A stretch of DNA of 64,000 bases from Neoechinorhynchus agilis (lineage: Eukaryota > Animalia > Acanthocephala). Each line of letters opens with the position of its first letter. Position 1 is the stretch's first letter. Under the pieces are notes generated by a model. The model made no database searches, was not told the DNA's origin, and saw nothing but the letters and a program-made list of their open reading frames with translations. Of this stretch, positions 62,560 to 64,000 are shown in pieces. The stretch is taken from contig CM121342.1 in the NCBI GenBank assembly GCA_051530055.1, positions 14,895,480 through 14,959,479 of the forward strand, written 5' to 3'. The translations under genes were made by a program, and so were the position numbers.

Positions 62560-64000
62560 GAGCCTTCAATCGCGTTTCTCCTCCATACACGTATACACAT
62601 CTTCCAGACACGGAATGTTGTAACTATCAGCCGCCAGGAACCTGTTCAGTGTAACTTTGAAATCGCCACACTTCCGGACGACGACAATCGGTGTTGCCCA
62701 TTCTACTTGTTCTTGTGCCATATCTACGGCCTCCAAGATTCCTCCATCAACAAGTCGCATAATTTCTTGCTGATGCGAAAATGGGTTCCGCTGTTCGACT
62801 GAGATTCAATATGACTAGAATATTTCTGATCGGTTCCGTCTTTTGCTGGAATGATTTATCATGTAATTTCAAGCAACGGTCCAGCCCTTCATGGATTCCC
62901 ACCGCTTTGATCGTATTCACATACACTTCCTGCGGAAGCCTTATGTTGAAGTGCTTACACCATGGCAGTCCAAAAAGGCACTTAGCTGTTCGATCGACAA
63001 CCGTAACTGTTGCTACCTTTTTTGTCCTTCCGATCGTGACCTGCATATCACACTCTCCCAAGCTGGAGATTTCCGATCCTCCAAAACTGATCAATTTTTT
63101 CCTTTCTTTAGTTGAGGCCTTCCAATAGCCTTCCAGACCTGATTCCAAATGATGGTGACGTCTGCACCGGTGTCAAACAACATATCGATTTTTATTCCGT
63201 TGATTCTCGTTTTGATCCACGCTTGTTGTGTCTTGTCCTGATCCATAATGTTGACGTCGAACACTTCTGATTCCTCTGAGCTCGATTGTGAATCGATTGC
63301 TCGTTGAACGCGATTAACTTTATCGCTGCGGCACCTTCTCGCGAAATGACCCAGTTTTCCGCACTTGTAACATTTGCACCCCCGCGCTCGACATTCTTGG
63401 TTCCTTCCATGACCTGTCCCGCATTTAGGGCATTTCCATTTGTTAAAAGTCCATTGTGTGTCTCGTCTACCTAGCGAATCCACCTTCCGGTTTTCATCTT
63501 CGTCGTTTCGTTTTTTGACTTCGAATATCGCTCTTTCGGCTTTTACTGTTTTGTTCGACGGCATTATTTTTATAGCTTTTGAGGTGGACTCGTATCTGAA
63601 CGCTATCTCCTGAAGGTTTTCGAAGGTCAGGTTTTCGATTTGGAGCGCCGCTCTCCGGACGGCATCGTGCGGCGTGTTTAGCACTACATGATCGCGCATC
63701 CGTTCGGATAAAGCATCAGCCTCCGTTTTTGTTTCTTCTTTATAGAATTTGCAATTTTCGCCTGCACCTTTTAACTCTGTGATCCATTCCGCATACGTTT
63801 GATCTTCTTTCATCTTTATCATACCAAATTGGAATCTAGCCGTTACTTCATGTTCGACTGCTCCCACTAGCTTCCCCATAGCCTCTACTATCTGCTCGTA
63901 GGACACATCCTTCAATTTGTCTCTTGTTAGGACTTTCGTCAATTGGCGGAACGGTTTTGCACCGATCCACGACAGCAGGCATGATTTTTTACAAGCTGAC
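62560..64000 (-). mobile_element. Ty3/Gypsy LTR retrotransposon fragment (gag, protease, start of RT); continues beyond the window
   Basis: Gag with Zn knuckles (CPKC..H..C, CYKCGKLGHFARRC), aspartic protease (LFDTGADVTII), and RT start (EWATPIVVV..DFKVTLNRFL..Y.IP). Frameshifted. Confidence 0.9.

Noticed and set aside
63085-63110. Programmed ribosomal frameshift in the Gypsy element
   Set aside because: The shift is inside the protease domain at an A-run rather than at the gag-pol boundary. A one-base deletion in a decayed copy is simpler.

Overview
AT-rich metazoan (invertebrate-like) nuclear DNA with very short spliceosomal introns (most about 34-60 nt). The organism cannot be named from the sequence alone. 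Host genes: centractin/ARP1, alpha-catenin, leukotriene A4 hydrolase/M1 aminopeptidase, an EF-hand protein, a two-domain chitin-binding (CBM14/peritrophin) protein, a bacterial/plant-like GT4 glycosyltransferase with introns, an orphan secreted protein, an intronless divergent actin, a claudin/PMP22-like tetraspan, Rab3GAP1 and V-ATPase subunit B. Between them lie nested retroelements from five groups (RTE, CRE-like REL, Penelope-like, CR1/L2-like, Ty3/Gypsy), a tRNA-derived SINE and MITEs. The most striking unexplained structure is a cluster of self-cleaving ribozyme motifs. A twister-like ribozyme begins exactly at the 5' junction of an RTE flanked by a 16-bp target-site duplication. Several minimal type I hammerheads lie in Penelope termini, in a head-to-head palindrome with no ORF, and in a 203-bp-period degenerate tandem. 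HDV-like motifs are possible at a second RTE 5' end and in the SINE. Other leads are the probable horizontally acquired GT4 gene and AG acceptor-like sites just upstream of many start codons, which may indicate spliced-leader trans-splicing. All alignments and folds were done by eye, so coordinates of degenerate elements are approximate.
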